DNA of 63,011 nucleotides, counting the filler. It is 7 parts of 7 records of this genome, joined end to end, with 100 filler letters (N's around TTAATTAATTAA, not from the genome) between each part and the next. Parts side by side here need not be neighbours in the genome. Positions count along the whole stretch, not along the records: positions 49,530 to 57,669 come from DRR723986_7073; positions 57,770 to 63,011 come from DRR723986_7089; 5 more parts are not named here. One strand, written 5' to 3'. Shown here one piece after another: positions 52,154-61,056 of this stretch. The notes below the pieces were generated by a model, which was given only the letters and a program-made list of their open reading frames with translations, searched no databases and had not been told where the DNA came from. The position numbers and the translations under genes were made by a program. Every line of letters starts with the position of its first letter. Within the stretch, counting starts at the first letter, position 1.

Positions 52154-52998
52154 GCGGTTACTCCAAGGTCTTCGAGTATGAGGTTGCGCAGGGTGTCGTC
52201 CACTTCCGGCCGAACCCCGAACCAGCGTTCGAAAGCCGGGACGGCCTGATGCAGCAGCATGCCAAGGCCGTCCACAGTCTGGTTGCCCCGCGCCTTCGCG
52301 CTGCGCAGCAGATCGGTTTCCAGTGGAGCATAGACAGCGTCAGTGACGATTGCCGTCGTCGGCAAGGGTGACAGGTCGATTTCCAGCGGCGCCTTGCCGG
52401 CCATGCCGAGCGAAGTGGTGTTCACCAGAAGATCAGCTTCTTCAAGCACTGTCCCCAGGTTGTCCCATTCATGAGCAATTGTTCCGGAACCAAACATATC
52501 CGCAATGGCTTTTGCTTTTTCGAATGTCCGGTTGACGATATACACTCTTGTGAATTTCCGTGAAAGCAATGCCCACACTACGGCACGTGCGGCTCCGCCT
52601 GCCCCCAGGACCACGGCAGATTCACGTGAAACGTCCCACCCGGGGGCGAGCTGATCAAGATTGCCGAGAAAGCCGAGACCATCCGTATTGGCCCCGCACA
52701 GCCGGCCGCTGTCGTCCAGCCAGATCGTGTTGGCAGCCCCCATGGATTTTGCTGCGTCGTCCAGCCAGTCGCAGGCCGCGGCAGCCACTTCCTTGTTCGG
52801 AACAGTGACATTGGCACCGGACAGACCCGCGTCGGCAAAGTTCCGGTAGAAGTCCTCGGCAGTTTCCGGTGGAACGTCGACCCGGCCATATTCTCCGGCG
52901 ATGCCATGCTTCTTCAACCAGTATCCATGCACCAGCGGAGAGCGGGAATGTGTGACCGGATGGCCTGTGATGGCCGCTTTTTTCACGGATCCACTCAT
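52150..52998 (-). CDS. aroE: Shikimate dehydrogenase
   Basis: 'HSRSPLVH', 'NVTVPNK', 'NTD..GF', 'GAGGAAR', '[10 protein letters not shown]'. Confidence 0.96.
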   Translation of the reverse strand: MSGSVKKAAITGHPVTHSRSPLVHGYWLKKHGIAGEYGRVDVPPETAEDFYRNFADAGLSGANVTVPNKEVAAAACDWLDDAAKSMGAANTIWLDDSGRLCGANTDGLGFLGNLDQLAPGWDVSRESAVVLGAGGAARAVVWALLSRKFTRVYIVNRTFEKAKAIADMFGSGTIAHEWDNLGTVLEEADLLVNTTSLGMAGKAPLEIDLSPLPTTAIVTDAVYAPLETDLLRSAKARGNQTVDGLGMLLHQAVPAFERWFGVRPEVDDTLRNLILEDLGVTA

Positions 52999-53594
52999 GT
53001 TTCGATCACCTTCAGGCTGCGCAACTCTGCCAGAAGAGGCAAAAGCGGCAGGCCAAGAATGGTGAAATAGTCGCCATCTATCTTTTCAAAAAGCTGCACG
53101 CCGAGACTTTCCAGCTGATAGGCGCCGACGCTGGAAAGCACGTCCTGACCGGCCGCAGCCAGATAATGGCCAATGAAGGCCGGGCTCAGTTCGCGCATGG
53201 TCAGGCGTGCCGTGGAAACGTGGCGCCAGATTGCTTCGCCATCCTTCGAAATCACCACGGCGGAATGCAGTTCGTGAGTCTTGCCGGAAAAGGCGAGCAG
53301 TTGCCGGCGCGCAGCTTCCATGTCCTCCGGTTTTGTGCGTCTTTCACCTTCGAACGCCAGAATCTGATCGGCACCGATGACAAGATCTCCGGCGCGGCGG
53401 TCACTGACGTCATTCGCCTTGGCTTCCGCCAGAACGCTTGCAAGGTCTTCCGGAGGAAAGCCTGCTTCCAGGAGCGGAGCTTCGACAACACGCTCGTCGA
53501 CACCGGCCGGGTCGACCTCGATGTCGAGCCCGGCGTTTTTCAAAAGATCAGCGCGGATTCTGCTTCCGCTTGCCAAGACAAGTGCCATTTCCAT
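52995..53594 (-). CDS. maf: Maf family nucleotide pyrophosphatase
   Basis: 'LVLASGS..R', 'IGADQ', 'GAYQLE', 'ILGLPL'. Confidence 0.93.
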   Translation of the reverse strand: MEMALVLASGSRIRADLLKNAGLDIEVDPAGVDERVVEAPLLEAGFPPEDLASVLAEAKANDVSDRRAGDLVIGADQILAFEGERRTKPEDMEAARRQLLAFSGKTHELHSAVVISKDGEAIWRHVSTARLTMRELSPAFIGHYLAAAGQDVLSSVGAYQLESLGVQLFEKIDGDYFTILGLPLLPLLAELRSLKVIET

Positions 53595-53606
53595 CCCTTT
53601 TGTTGG

Positions 53607-54467
53607 TTATCCGGCGCCCCCGGTTTCTCCTCCGCCTTCCTGCCCTGATTTGAATTCCTTGAAAAGGGTCAGGATCTCCGCAGCTGTCTCCTCGACAGAA
53701 CGACGCGTGACATCAATCAACGGCCAGCCATGTTCCGTGCAGAGCCTGCGGGTCATGTTGATCTCCTGGGAGATCTCCTTCCGGTCAACATACGTGTCGT
53801 TATAGCCTTCCGAATTCAATGACAGCACACGGTTGCGGCGGATTTGCTGAATGCGTTCGGCAGAAGCGATCAGACCGACAATCATCGGCTGCTTGAGTTT
53901 CTTCACATGTTCGGGCAGGGCAATGCCCGGGACCAGCGGCACGTTTGCAGCCTTGATGCCCCGATTGGCCAGATAGATGCAGGTTGGCGTCTTGGATGTG
54001 CGCGAAATGCCGATCAACACGATATCGGCGGATTCCAGATCGTCCCAGATCTGACCGTCATCATGCAACATGGTGTAGTTGAGCGCTTCCATCCGGCGAA
54101 AATATTCCGCATCCAGTTCATGCTGTCCGCCGACCCTGTGGGTTTGGGTGACATTGAGATAGGACTGGAAGACCGCGAAGACCGGATCCAGGATATTGAC
54201 GAAGGGCACACCCAGCTCGCGGCATTTCAGTTCCAGCCGGCCGGCGATTTCCACATCGACCAGGGTATAGAGGACGATGCCGGGTGCCTTTTCGATTTCA
54301 GTGATTACCCGGTCGAGCTGCTTCTGGGAGCGCACCAACGGATAGACATGCTCGATTTCCTGCACGTTCTCGTACTGAACCGTCGCCGCACGGGCCACTG
54401 TCATCAGCGTTTCGCCGGTGGAGTCGGACACGAGATGGAGATGGAAGTAGTGTCTCGACTTGTTCAC
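53607..54467 (-). CDS. Pyruvate,water/phosphate dikinase regulatory protein (DUF299)
   Basis: 'VSDSTGET', 'HDDG', 'GISRTSKTP', 'DVTRRSVEETA'. Confidence 0.94.
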   Translation of the reverse strand: MNKSRHYFHLHLVSDSTGETLMTVARAATVQYENVQEIEHVYPLVRSQKQLDRVITEIEKAPGIVLYTLVDVEIAGRLELKCRELGVPFVNILDPVFAVFQSYLNVTQTHRVGGQHELDAEYFRRMEALNYTMLHDDGQIWDDLESADIVLIGISRTSKTPTCIYLANRGIKAANVPLVPGIALPEHVKKLKQPMIVGLIASAERIQQIRRNRVLSLNSEGYNDTYVDRKEISQEINMTRRLCTEHGWPLIDVTRRSVEETAAEILTLFKEFKSGQEGGGETGGAG

Positions 54468-54891
54468 GTTGTCATCCCCAGGCCTGTTGATGATTTGGGT
54501 AAGATGTCTGCCACCCAGTGCCTAGCACGAAGTTTATGCCCGCTCAGCCGAATTTATTAACAATGCTTAAACGAGCGGAAACTGATGCCGAAACGGTTGT
54601 GCATGGATGTGGATTCACAAAGGTGCTGTGACATATCGACAGATTGTCCACCGCCGCCCAATTCCTTAACGAAACGTAAACAAGCGGACAAGTGATTGTA
54701 ATTCAATTCGTAATCCTGTTATCGACTCCTGGGGAGGAAATCTGCTTAACAAGTAGCGGATTTTTTCCCGCCGAGAAAATCAGGCTGATGGATTGTGGAT
54801 AGAAAATGATCCCGGTAATCCACGCACAAATAGAAAAAACAGATTCAAAATAAGAATCTTTATTGATTTGAAATGTGGGAAAGGCGACCTC
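54468..54891. other. Probable chromosomal replication origin (oriC)
   Basis: DUF299-hemE intergenic region. DnaA-box-like TGTGGATAG (54794), TGTGGATTC (54608), TTGTCCACC (54644), TAATCCACG (54816). Four GANTC sites. AT-rich 54827-54875. Confidence 0.72.
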
Positions 54892-55920
54892 ATGAAATCC
54901 CAAGACAGGTCCGTGATGCGGGTACTCTCCGGAGAGAAGCTCTGGCCGCCTCCCATCTGGATGATGCGTCAGGCCGGACGTTATCTTCCCGAATATCGCG
55001 AAGTGCGTTCGAAAGCGGCAAACTTTCTGGAGTTCTGCTATTCACCCGACCTTGCAACAGAGGTCACGCTCCAGCCGATCCGCCGGTATGGTTTTGATGC
55101 AAGCATTCTGTTTTCCGACATCTTCGTCGTACCGGACGCCATCGGGTACCCGGTTCGTTTTGAAGAAGGACGTGGTCCCGTGCTGGAACCGCTGTCTACC
55201 GATCTTCTGGATCGTCTGGAACAGGATCGTGCCGAGGATCATCTCAAACCGGTCATAGAGACTGTTTCCCGCCTGCGTGCGGAGCTGCCAGAGGAAACGA
55301 CGCTTCTGGGCTTCTGTGGCGCTCCCTGGACGGTTGCCTGCTATTCCGTTGCCGGCCACACCACCCAGGATCAGGTTGCCGCCCGTGTGGGCGCCTATCG
55401 CGATCCTGACCTGATGCAGCGTTTCGTCGATCAGCTCGTCACGGCCTCGATCCGCTATCTCATCCGACAGCTGGATGCGGGCGCGGATGCGGTCCAGATT
55501 TTCGATACCTGGGCGGGCGTTCTGGATGAAGCCGGTTTCAAGCGCTGGTCGATCGAACCGACACGCCGGATCGTTGACGGTGTTCGGGCCGTGCGACCGG
55601 ATGCGAAGATCATCGGTTTCCCGAAAGCTTCCTCAGCTCGGATGATGGCATTCGTGGAAGGTACGGGTGTGGATGCGGTCGGTTTCGACTGGACGGCTCC
55701 GGACCAGGTTGCTCTCGATATACAGAAGAGGGTCCCGATCCAGGGCAATCTCGATCCGATGCGGCTGGTGGCTGGCGGCAAGGCGCTGGAAGAGGGCGTG
55801 GCCCATATCCTGAACACCTTCGACAAGGGTCCACTGGTCTTCAACCTGGGGCATGGTGTGACGCCGGACGCGGATCCGGAAAACGTTGCCCGCATGGTCG
55901 AGCTGGTCAGGAAGGGATAA
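54892..55920 (+). CDS. hemE: Uroporphyrinogen decarboxylase
   Basis: 'PIWMMRQAGRYLPEY', 'ILFSDI', 'QIFDTW', 'FNLGHG'. Confidence 0.97.
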   Translation: MKSQDRSVMRVLSGEKLWPPPIWMMRQAGRYLPEYREVRSKAANFLEFCYSPDLATEVTLQPIRRYGFDASILFSDIFVVPDAIGYPVRFEEGRGPVLEPLSTDLLDRLEQDRAEDHLKPVIETVSRLRAELPEETTLLGFCGAPWTVACYSVAGHTTQDQVAARVGAYRDPDLMQRFVDQLVTASIRYLIRQLDAGADAVQIFDTWAGVLDEAGFKRWSIEPTRRIVDGVRAVRPDAKIIGFPKASSARMMAFVEGTGVDAVGFDWTAPDQVALDIQKRVPIQGNLDPMRLVAGGKALEEGVAHILNTFDKGPLVFNLGHGVTPDADPENVARMVELVRKG

Positions 55921-55924
55921 GCGC

Positions 55925-56353
55925 ATGGATCTCTTTCTCTGGATCAAGGCGCTCCACGTCATCTCGATCATCGCGTGGATGGCCGGCATGCTCTATCTGC
56001 CGCGGCTGTTCGTCTACCATGCGGCCACGGAAATCGGATCGGAACAGTCCGAGACCTTCAAGATCATGGAACGGCGGCTGCTCAAGGCCATCATCAATCC
56101 GGCCATGATCGCCTCCTGGGGGTTTGGCCTGTGGCTCGCCTGGGAACTTCAGGCCTGGCAGGACGGGTGGTTCCACGCCAAGTTCACGTTTGTCCTGATC
56201 ATGTCCGGAGTTCACGGGCATCTCAGCAGCTGTGTGAAGAAATTCGCCCGCGACGAGAACAAAAGGTCGCAGCGTTACTACCGGATACTCAACGAAGTTC
56301 CGACTGTCCTGATGATCGGGATCGTCATCTTCGTCATCGTCAAACCGTTTTAA
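55925..56353 (+). CDS. hemJ: Protoporphyrinogen oxidase HemJ
   Basis: 'WIKALHVI..IAWMAGMLYLPRLFVYH', 'NEVPT', 'VKPF'. Confidence 0.96.
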   Translation: MDLFLWIKALHVISIIAWMAGMLYLPRLFVYHAATEIGSEQSETFKIMERRLLKAIINPAMIASWGFGLWLAWELQAWQDGWFHAKFTFVLIMSGVHGHLSSCVKKFARDENKRSQRYYRILNEVPTVLMIGIVIFVIVKPF

Positions 56354-56453
56354 GCGGCACGAAACAGGCAATAGAGACAGCCGCAGACATGCGGCCGTCA
56401 TTTTCACCTTTCGAATTCTAAGTGTGGCCTAAAAAACCGGCAGAATTCCGGGC

Positions 56454-56482
56454 TTGCGCTTTATTGCAAATCAACGTATCTT
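56454..56482 (+). promoter_or_regulatory. Putative sigma70 promoter of rho
   Basis: TTGCGC-N17-TATCTT. Confidence 0.45.
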
Positions 56483-56652
56483 TCGCGCATCTTCATACGG
56501 CACAGTGTTCGTTTTCAATCGCTCCGCAGTCGCCGTACAATCTGGACACGCCTAAAAGTCTCTCAGATATCTTCTGGCCGACCCATCCATCCGGCGCAGA
56601 ACGACCTTTCCAAACCTAAATCCATAACAACACAAAAAAAGACCCCAACTCG

Positions 56653-57669
56653 ATGCGGGAAATGAAACTCAAAGACCTAAAAGAAAAAACACCGACAGAG
56701 CTGCTCCAGACTGCTGAGGAGCTTGAAGTCGAAAACGCCAGCACCATGCGCAAGCAGGAGCTGATGTTCGCCATCCTGAAGAACCTAGCTGCTCAGGATG
56801 TGGAGATTATCGGCGAAGGCGTCGTTGAAGTCCTTCAGGACGGCTTCGGCTTTCTCCGGTCTCCGGATGCGAACTATCTGCCGGGCCCGGACGACATTTA
56901 CGTCTCGCCCTCGCAGATCCGCCGCTTTTCGCTGCGGACAGGGGACACCGTTGAAGGCCAGATCCGCAGCCCCAAAGAGGGCGAACGGTATTTTGCCCTT
57001 CTCAAAGTCAACACCATCAATTTCGAGGATCCGGAAAAGGCCCGGCACAAGGTTCACTTCGACAACCTGACGCCGCTTTATCCGGATGAACGTTTCCGGA
57101 TGGAGATCGAAGATCCGACCATCAAGGACCTCTCCTCCCGCGTTATCGACCTGGTAGCGCCCCTCGGCAAAGGCCAGCGTGCGCTGATCACCGCGCCGCC
57201 GCGCACAGGTAAAACGGTGTTCCTGCAGAACATCGCGAAGTCCATCACCACCAATCATCCGGAATGCTATCTGATCGTTCTTCTGATCGATGAACGTCCG
57301 GAAGAAGTGACCGACATGCAGCGTACGGTCGACGGCGAAGTGGTTTCCTCCACGTTCGACGAACCGGCCGCCCGCCACGTGCAGGTTGCCGAAATGGTGA
57401 TCGAGAAGGCCAAGCGTCTGACCGAGCACGGCCGGGACGTCGTCATCCTGCTGGACTCCATCACGCGTCTGGGACGTGCGTACAACACCGTCGTTCCGTC
57501 TTCAGGCAAGGTCCTGACCGGTGGTGTGGATGCCAACGCCCTGCAGCGGCCGAAGCGCTTCTTCGGTGCGGCCCGTAACATTGAAGAGGGCGGCTCGCTG
57601 ACGATCATCGCGACCGCACTGATCGATACCGGCAGCCGCATGGACGAAGTCATCTTCGAAGAGTTCAAG
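56653..57669 (+). CDS. rho: Transcription termination factor Rho (partial)
   Basis: 'DGFGFLR', 'GKGQR', 'PPRTGKT', '[11 protein letters not shown]', 'DSITRL'. Confidence 0.98.
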
Positions 57670-57769
57670 NNNNNNNNNNNNNNNNNNNNNNNNNNNNNNN
57701 NNNNNNNNNNNNNTTAATTAATTAANNNNNNNNNNNNNNNNNNNNNNNNNNNNNNNNNNNNNNNNNNNN
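57670..57769. other. Artificial contig linker
   Basis: N44-TTAATTAATTAA-N44. Confidence 0.98.
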
Positions 57770-57838
57770 GGCCGCGAAGGCAGCCACCACGGCATCGAAG
57801 ACTACCTCGAAATGAAATACATCTGCATGTCGGTCTAA
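57770..57838 (+). CDS. gabD: C-terminus of succinate-semialdehyde dehydrogenase
   Basis: Manual translation GREGSHHGIEDYLEMKYICMSV*. Confidence 0.78.
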   Translation, partial: GREGSHHGIEDYLEMKYICMSV

Positions 57839-57839
57839 A

Positions 57840-58244
57840 TCAGACCTCGGGCGGGGCCATCAAACCGGTTAAACGGGTGATGGCCTCGCGCCACGCCGCG
57901 TCCTCTGCGGGCGATAACCTCTCTCCCATCACATCCCGCAAGGCAGCCATCAGCGACTGGGCCGCCCCGTCCAAATGCCGGGATGTCAGGTTGAATCGCG
58001 CATGGCTCTGCGCCAGAGATTCCCCAAACCGCTGAAAACTATCCCCGTCCCCCAGACCGCGCACCGTGCTTGCCAGCATGGTCGCGAACATCTCTTTCTG
58101 CTTGGCAAAGTCCTTGTGAAATAGACCCTCCACTTCGGGGAGATTTTGAAACAGGTGAGAATAGAACCGTTCGGTCAGTTCCCCCTTGCGGGCGAAAACG
58201 CGCGCGAACCCGGATTGAATTAATTTTATTTGCTGGGTGTTCAT
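57840..58244 (-). CDS. Single-domain globin
   Basis: 'FYSHLF' (B10 Tyr), 'GLF' (CD1 Phe), 'KQKEMF' (E7 Gln), 'LAQSH' (F8 His), 'AAW'. Confidence 0.88.
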   Translation of the reverse strand: MNTQQIKLIQSGFARVFARKGELTERFYSHLFQNLPEVEGLFHKDFAKQKEMFATMLASTVRGLGDGDSFQRFGESLAQSHARFNLTSRHLDGAAQSLMAALRDVMGERLSPAEDAAWREAITRLTGLMAPPEV

Positions 58245-58369
58245 TGCGCCATAGCCTTTGATTGCGCAGCTGCGCATCTGACGGCGCTGCTTGGAGCAGC
58301 ATTATGCATCCCCCCTGTTAACGAGAGGTTTCAGTCGGGCCAGTCACACAGAAAATCCCCCCGGAAACG

Positions 58370-58402
58370 AAAACCGCCCCGCACCAATCTGGCACAGGGC
58401 GG
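58370..58402 (-). terminator. Probable terminator of the Hsp20 gene
   Basis: CCGCCC...GGGCGG stem followed by TTTT on the minus strand. Confidence 0.55.
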
Positions 58403-58480
58403 CGCGATACCGAGGGAGGGAATGATATCGCCTTGGGAACCGTGCGCTCAATAGTCCGCAATAAACGCACGGCCGAGGTT

Positions 58481-58948
58481 TCAATTTACGGATTTAGCTT
58501 CGACCAGATCCGTTTCAACAGGAGTGCCGTTCGAAATTTCGATCCGGCGGGATTTCAACGCTTCGGGCACTTCGCGCTGCAAATCGATATGCAACATGCC
58601 GTCCGCATGGCTGGCCCCGGTCACCCGCACATGATCTGCCAGCGTAAAGCGGCGTTCAAAGGCGCGTGTGGCGATGCCACGGTGTAGATAGGTGCGCTCA
58701 GTCTCTTCAGCCGTCTTTTTGGCCGCAACAACAAGCGCGTTTTCCTTTACTTCGACCGTCAGGTCGGCATCCGAGAACCCGGCAACCGCAATCGAAATCC
58801 GATAGGCATCAGCGGCCGTTTTCTCAATATTATAGGGCGGGTAGCTCGGCTGAGCCACGTCACTGTTCAGGGTCCGGTCCATCAGATCGGCGATCTGGTC
58901 AAACCCAATACTGGCGCGGTGTAGCGGAGCAAAATCAAAAGTACGCAT
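58481..58948 (-). CDS. ibpA: Small heat shock protein Hsp20 (IbpA-like)
   Basis: 'IGFD', 'YPPYNIEK', 'LHRGIA.RAFERRF.LA', 'DGMLHIDL'. Confidence 0.95.
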   Translation of the reverse strand: MRTFDFAPLHRASIGFDQIADLMDRTLNSDVAQPSYPPYNIEKTAADAYRISIAVAGFSDADLTVEVKENALVVAAKKTAEETERTYLHRGIATRAFERRFTLADHVRVTGASHADGMLHIDLQREVPEALKSRRIEISNGTPVETDLVEAKSVN

Positions 58949-59045
58949 AGGTCGTTTATCCTCATCTTTGAGCGATGTACGCATGTGCCCTCCGGTCTGG
59001 ACGGGCGGTTTTCGTCATCAGATCCCGTTAGCGGCGATCCGATGA
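58949..59045 (-). promoter_or_regulatory. ROSE-like RNA thermometer in the Hsp20 5' UTR
   Basis: Two upstream hairpins (59015-59045, 58987-59006), then UCGCU (58971-58975) able to pair with the SD GAGGA (58959-58963). Confidence 0.65.
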
Positions 59046-59050
59046 TATTG

Positions 59051-59079
59051 AGATGGGGCGCACCTAAACGGGTTTCAAG
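59051..59079 (-). promoter_or_regulatory. RpoH (sigma32) promoter
   Basis: CTTGAA-N15-CCCCATCT upstream of Hsp20. Confidence 0.8.
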
Positions 59080-59188
59080 ACCCAATGGGTCGAACAAATT
59101 TCACACCTGATTTTGACTGGTCAAATCGTGCGCACACCCGCCGTCTGCTTGCACGGCACGGTCACAAAAAGCACTGTGCAAAAGCACG

Positions 59189-60001
59189 TTAGGGGCGCAC
59201 GAATTTTGCACCGGTGTCATTGCGCCTGCCGCCCACGGTGATCCGGCTCACACCGGGAGGGGGATCTTGGTGAAACCCGTGCCCTGCGGCCAATTCAGCC
59301 CGCAACAGGACCAGAGATTCCTCAAGCGTGGTGCCCAGCGCGACGCGGTCGCCCTGTACTTCGGCTTTGGCGGATACCACTGAAACGATCTGTGGACGCC
59401 CTTGCGCAAACGAAAAGATCGGCGCGCCGGATGATCCGAAATCAACGTCACAGGACATCACCAACACCCCTTGCTGACGTGCCATGACAGAACACACTTT
59501 TTGCAAAGACGGCGCTTCGGCGCGGTCTTGTGCATAGGACACGACCCCAACATCTTCGCCCTTTTGCGGGCGTGATCCGGTTTCAAACGGGATCACTGTT
59601 GTGTTTCGGATCGGTTGTTCCAACTCTAACAAGGCCACATCATTGCGCACCCGTTCGGTTGAGACCTTACCGTCATAGACATAATCGGGATGCACCACAG
59701 CCCGGCGAATGTTGCGATAGGCCGAGGCCCGGCCCCGGCGCCATCCGGCCAGAAACTCCATCTTAGCCGGGTCATAGCGCTGCTTGGTGGTCTTATCGAA
59801 CATGCAATGCGCGGCTGTCAGAACCAGATTGGGTGCAATCAAGGCCCCGGTGCAAAAGCCAGACCCGTTGACGTCCAACCGGCCCACGGCCATCCACTCG
59901 CGCCCTGCATCGCTGGTATCAAGGCTTTTGAGCCCCGTATCCTGCGCAGCCGCCGTAAACGGGAACACCATCAGCACCATCGCTTTGACCAAATTGCGCA
60001 C
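59189..60001 (-). CDS. Exported trypsin-like serine protease
   Basis: Signal peptide, 'CTGALI', 'LTAAHC', 'DVALL', 'GSSGAP'. Confidence 0.92.
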   Translation of the reverse strand: MRNLVKAMVLMVFPFTAAAQDTGLKSLDTSDAGREWMAVGRLDVNGSGFCTGALIAPNLVLTAAHCMFDKTTKQRYDPAKMEFLAGWRRGRASAYRNIRRAVVHPDYVYDGKVSTERVRNDVALLELEQPIRNTTVIPFETGSRPQKGEDVGVVSYAQDRAEAPSLQKVCSVMARQQGVLVMSCDVDFGSSGAPIFSFAQGRPQIVSVVSAKAEVQGDRVALGTTLEESLVLLRAELAAGHGFHQDPPPGVSRITVGGRRNDTGAKFVRP

Positions 60002-60100
60002 GCGTCTCTCCGTTCATCATGCCGTTTCGTTTTGATACGAACGGCGTTGGGCGAAAATAGGGCGCAGGCAGGGCATCTCTTGTTCACAGCATCTACCCGC

Positions 60101-60559
60101 TTAGAATGCCTCTGGCGCGTCCTCTTCTAAGTATCTCGGCCCCGGCCCATTGCCCCCGATCACATCATCCGGGTTCACCAATTTGCAGCTGTCCATCGAC
60201 AGGCATCCGCACCCGATGCACCCAGACATCCCATCGCGCAATCTTTGCAACCGCGTGATCCGCGCCTCCAGATCATCAGTCCACTGACGCGACAGTTTCT
60301 CCCAATGCTTAACCGTTACCTTGGCATCAGATGGCAAAAACGCCATCGCCTCTGCGATGTCCCGCAACGGGATGCCAGCCCTTTGCGCCACTTGAATAAT
60401 TGCGATCCGCCGCAACACCGTGGGCGAATACCGCCGATGATTGGCATCGTTTCGGATCGACGAAATCAGGTTCTTCCGTTCATAGAAATGAACCGCCGAA
60501 ACAGCGATCCCACTGCGCTCGGCCACATCCCCAACAGTCAGGCCCCCTTTACGTTTTAT
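60101..60559 (-). CDS. soxR: Redox-sensitive activator SoxR (start codon anomalous)
   Basis: 'LTVGDVAERSG...VHFYE', 'N.RRY', 2Fe-2S motif 'CIGCGCLSMDSC'. Confidence 0.93.
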   Translation of the reverse strand: MKRKGGLTVGDVAERSGIAVSAVHFYERKNLISSIRNDANHRRYSPTVLRRIAIIQVAQRAGIPLRDIAEAMAFLPSDAKVTVKHWEKLSRQWTDDLEARITRLQRLRDGMSGCIGCGCLSMDSCKLVNPDDVIGGNGPGPRYLEEDAPEAF

Positions 60560-60583
60560 CTGATTTTCCTCGCTAATTCATCC

Positions 60584-60614
60584 TTGACCTAAACTTAAGT
60601 TGAGGAAGTAAAAA
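60584..60614 (+). promoter_or_regulatory. SoxR box within a 19-bp-spacer promoter
   Basis: TTGACC (-35), palindrome CCTAAACTTAAGTTGAGG (60588-60605), TAAAAA 19 nt after the -35. Confidence 0.85.
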
Positions 60615-60664
60615 CACAAGGGAACACCAGAATCACCCTCCCCAAAAAAGACCGAGTACACAAC

Positions 60665-61039
60665 ATGACCAATCAAACCCCTGCCTACCTCGTTGCCAGT
60701 TCTTTCATGCCCCAAGATCACGATCCGCTTGATGCCTATGGCGCGGCAACGCACCCCTTGATGGAAAAATGGGGCGGAGAGCTGATCGTCGCCGGCGAAA
60801 CAGATCAATTCATGGATCACTACGAAGGGGACTGGAAAGAAAACGCCCGCTTCACCCTGTTCAAATTCCCGTCGATGCAGGCCCTTCAAAGCTTTTGGAA
60901 CTCTGACGACTACCAAGCGATCAAACATCTGCGCACAGATGCAATTGCGCCAAACTTCACCTTTGCTGTTGAACAGTTTGATCCGGCAGAATGGGCCGCA
61001 AAAAATCCTGACCACGCCTATCTCGACACATCAGCCTAA
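60665..61039 (+). CDS. DUF1330 family protein
   Basis: 'AYLV', 'WGGELI', 'EGDW', 'FPSM..LQSFWNSDDYQAIKHLR'. Confidence 0.88.
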   Translation: MTNQTPAYLVASSFMPQDHDPLDAYGAATHPLMEKWGGELIVAGETDQFMDHYEGDWKENARFTLFKFPSMQALQSFWNSDDYQAIKHLRTDAIAPNFTFAVEQFDPAEWAAKNPDHAYLDTSA

Positions 61040-61056
61040 GGAGAAAGGACATCCCG

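Noticed and set aside
54557..54570. TTAA-N6-TTAA as a CtrA box
   Set aside because: Spacing is 6, not 7, so at most half-sites
54793..54891. N-terminal extension of HemE in the ORF track
   Set aside because: Runs through the DnaA-box and AT-rich region. ATG 54892 has an RBS and gives normal length.
59112..59125. TTTGAC-TG-GTCAAA palindrome as a RutR box
   Set aside because: Spacer is too short and there is no pyrimidine gene nearby
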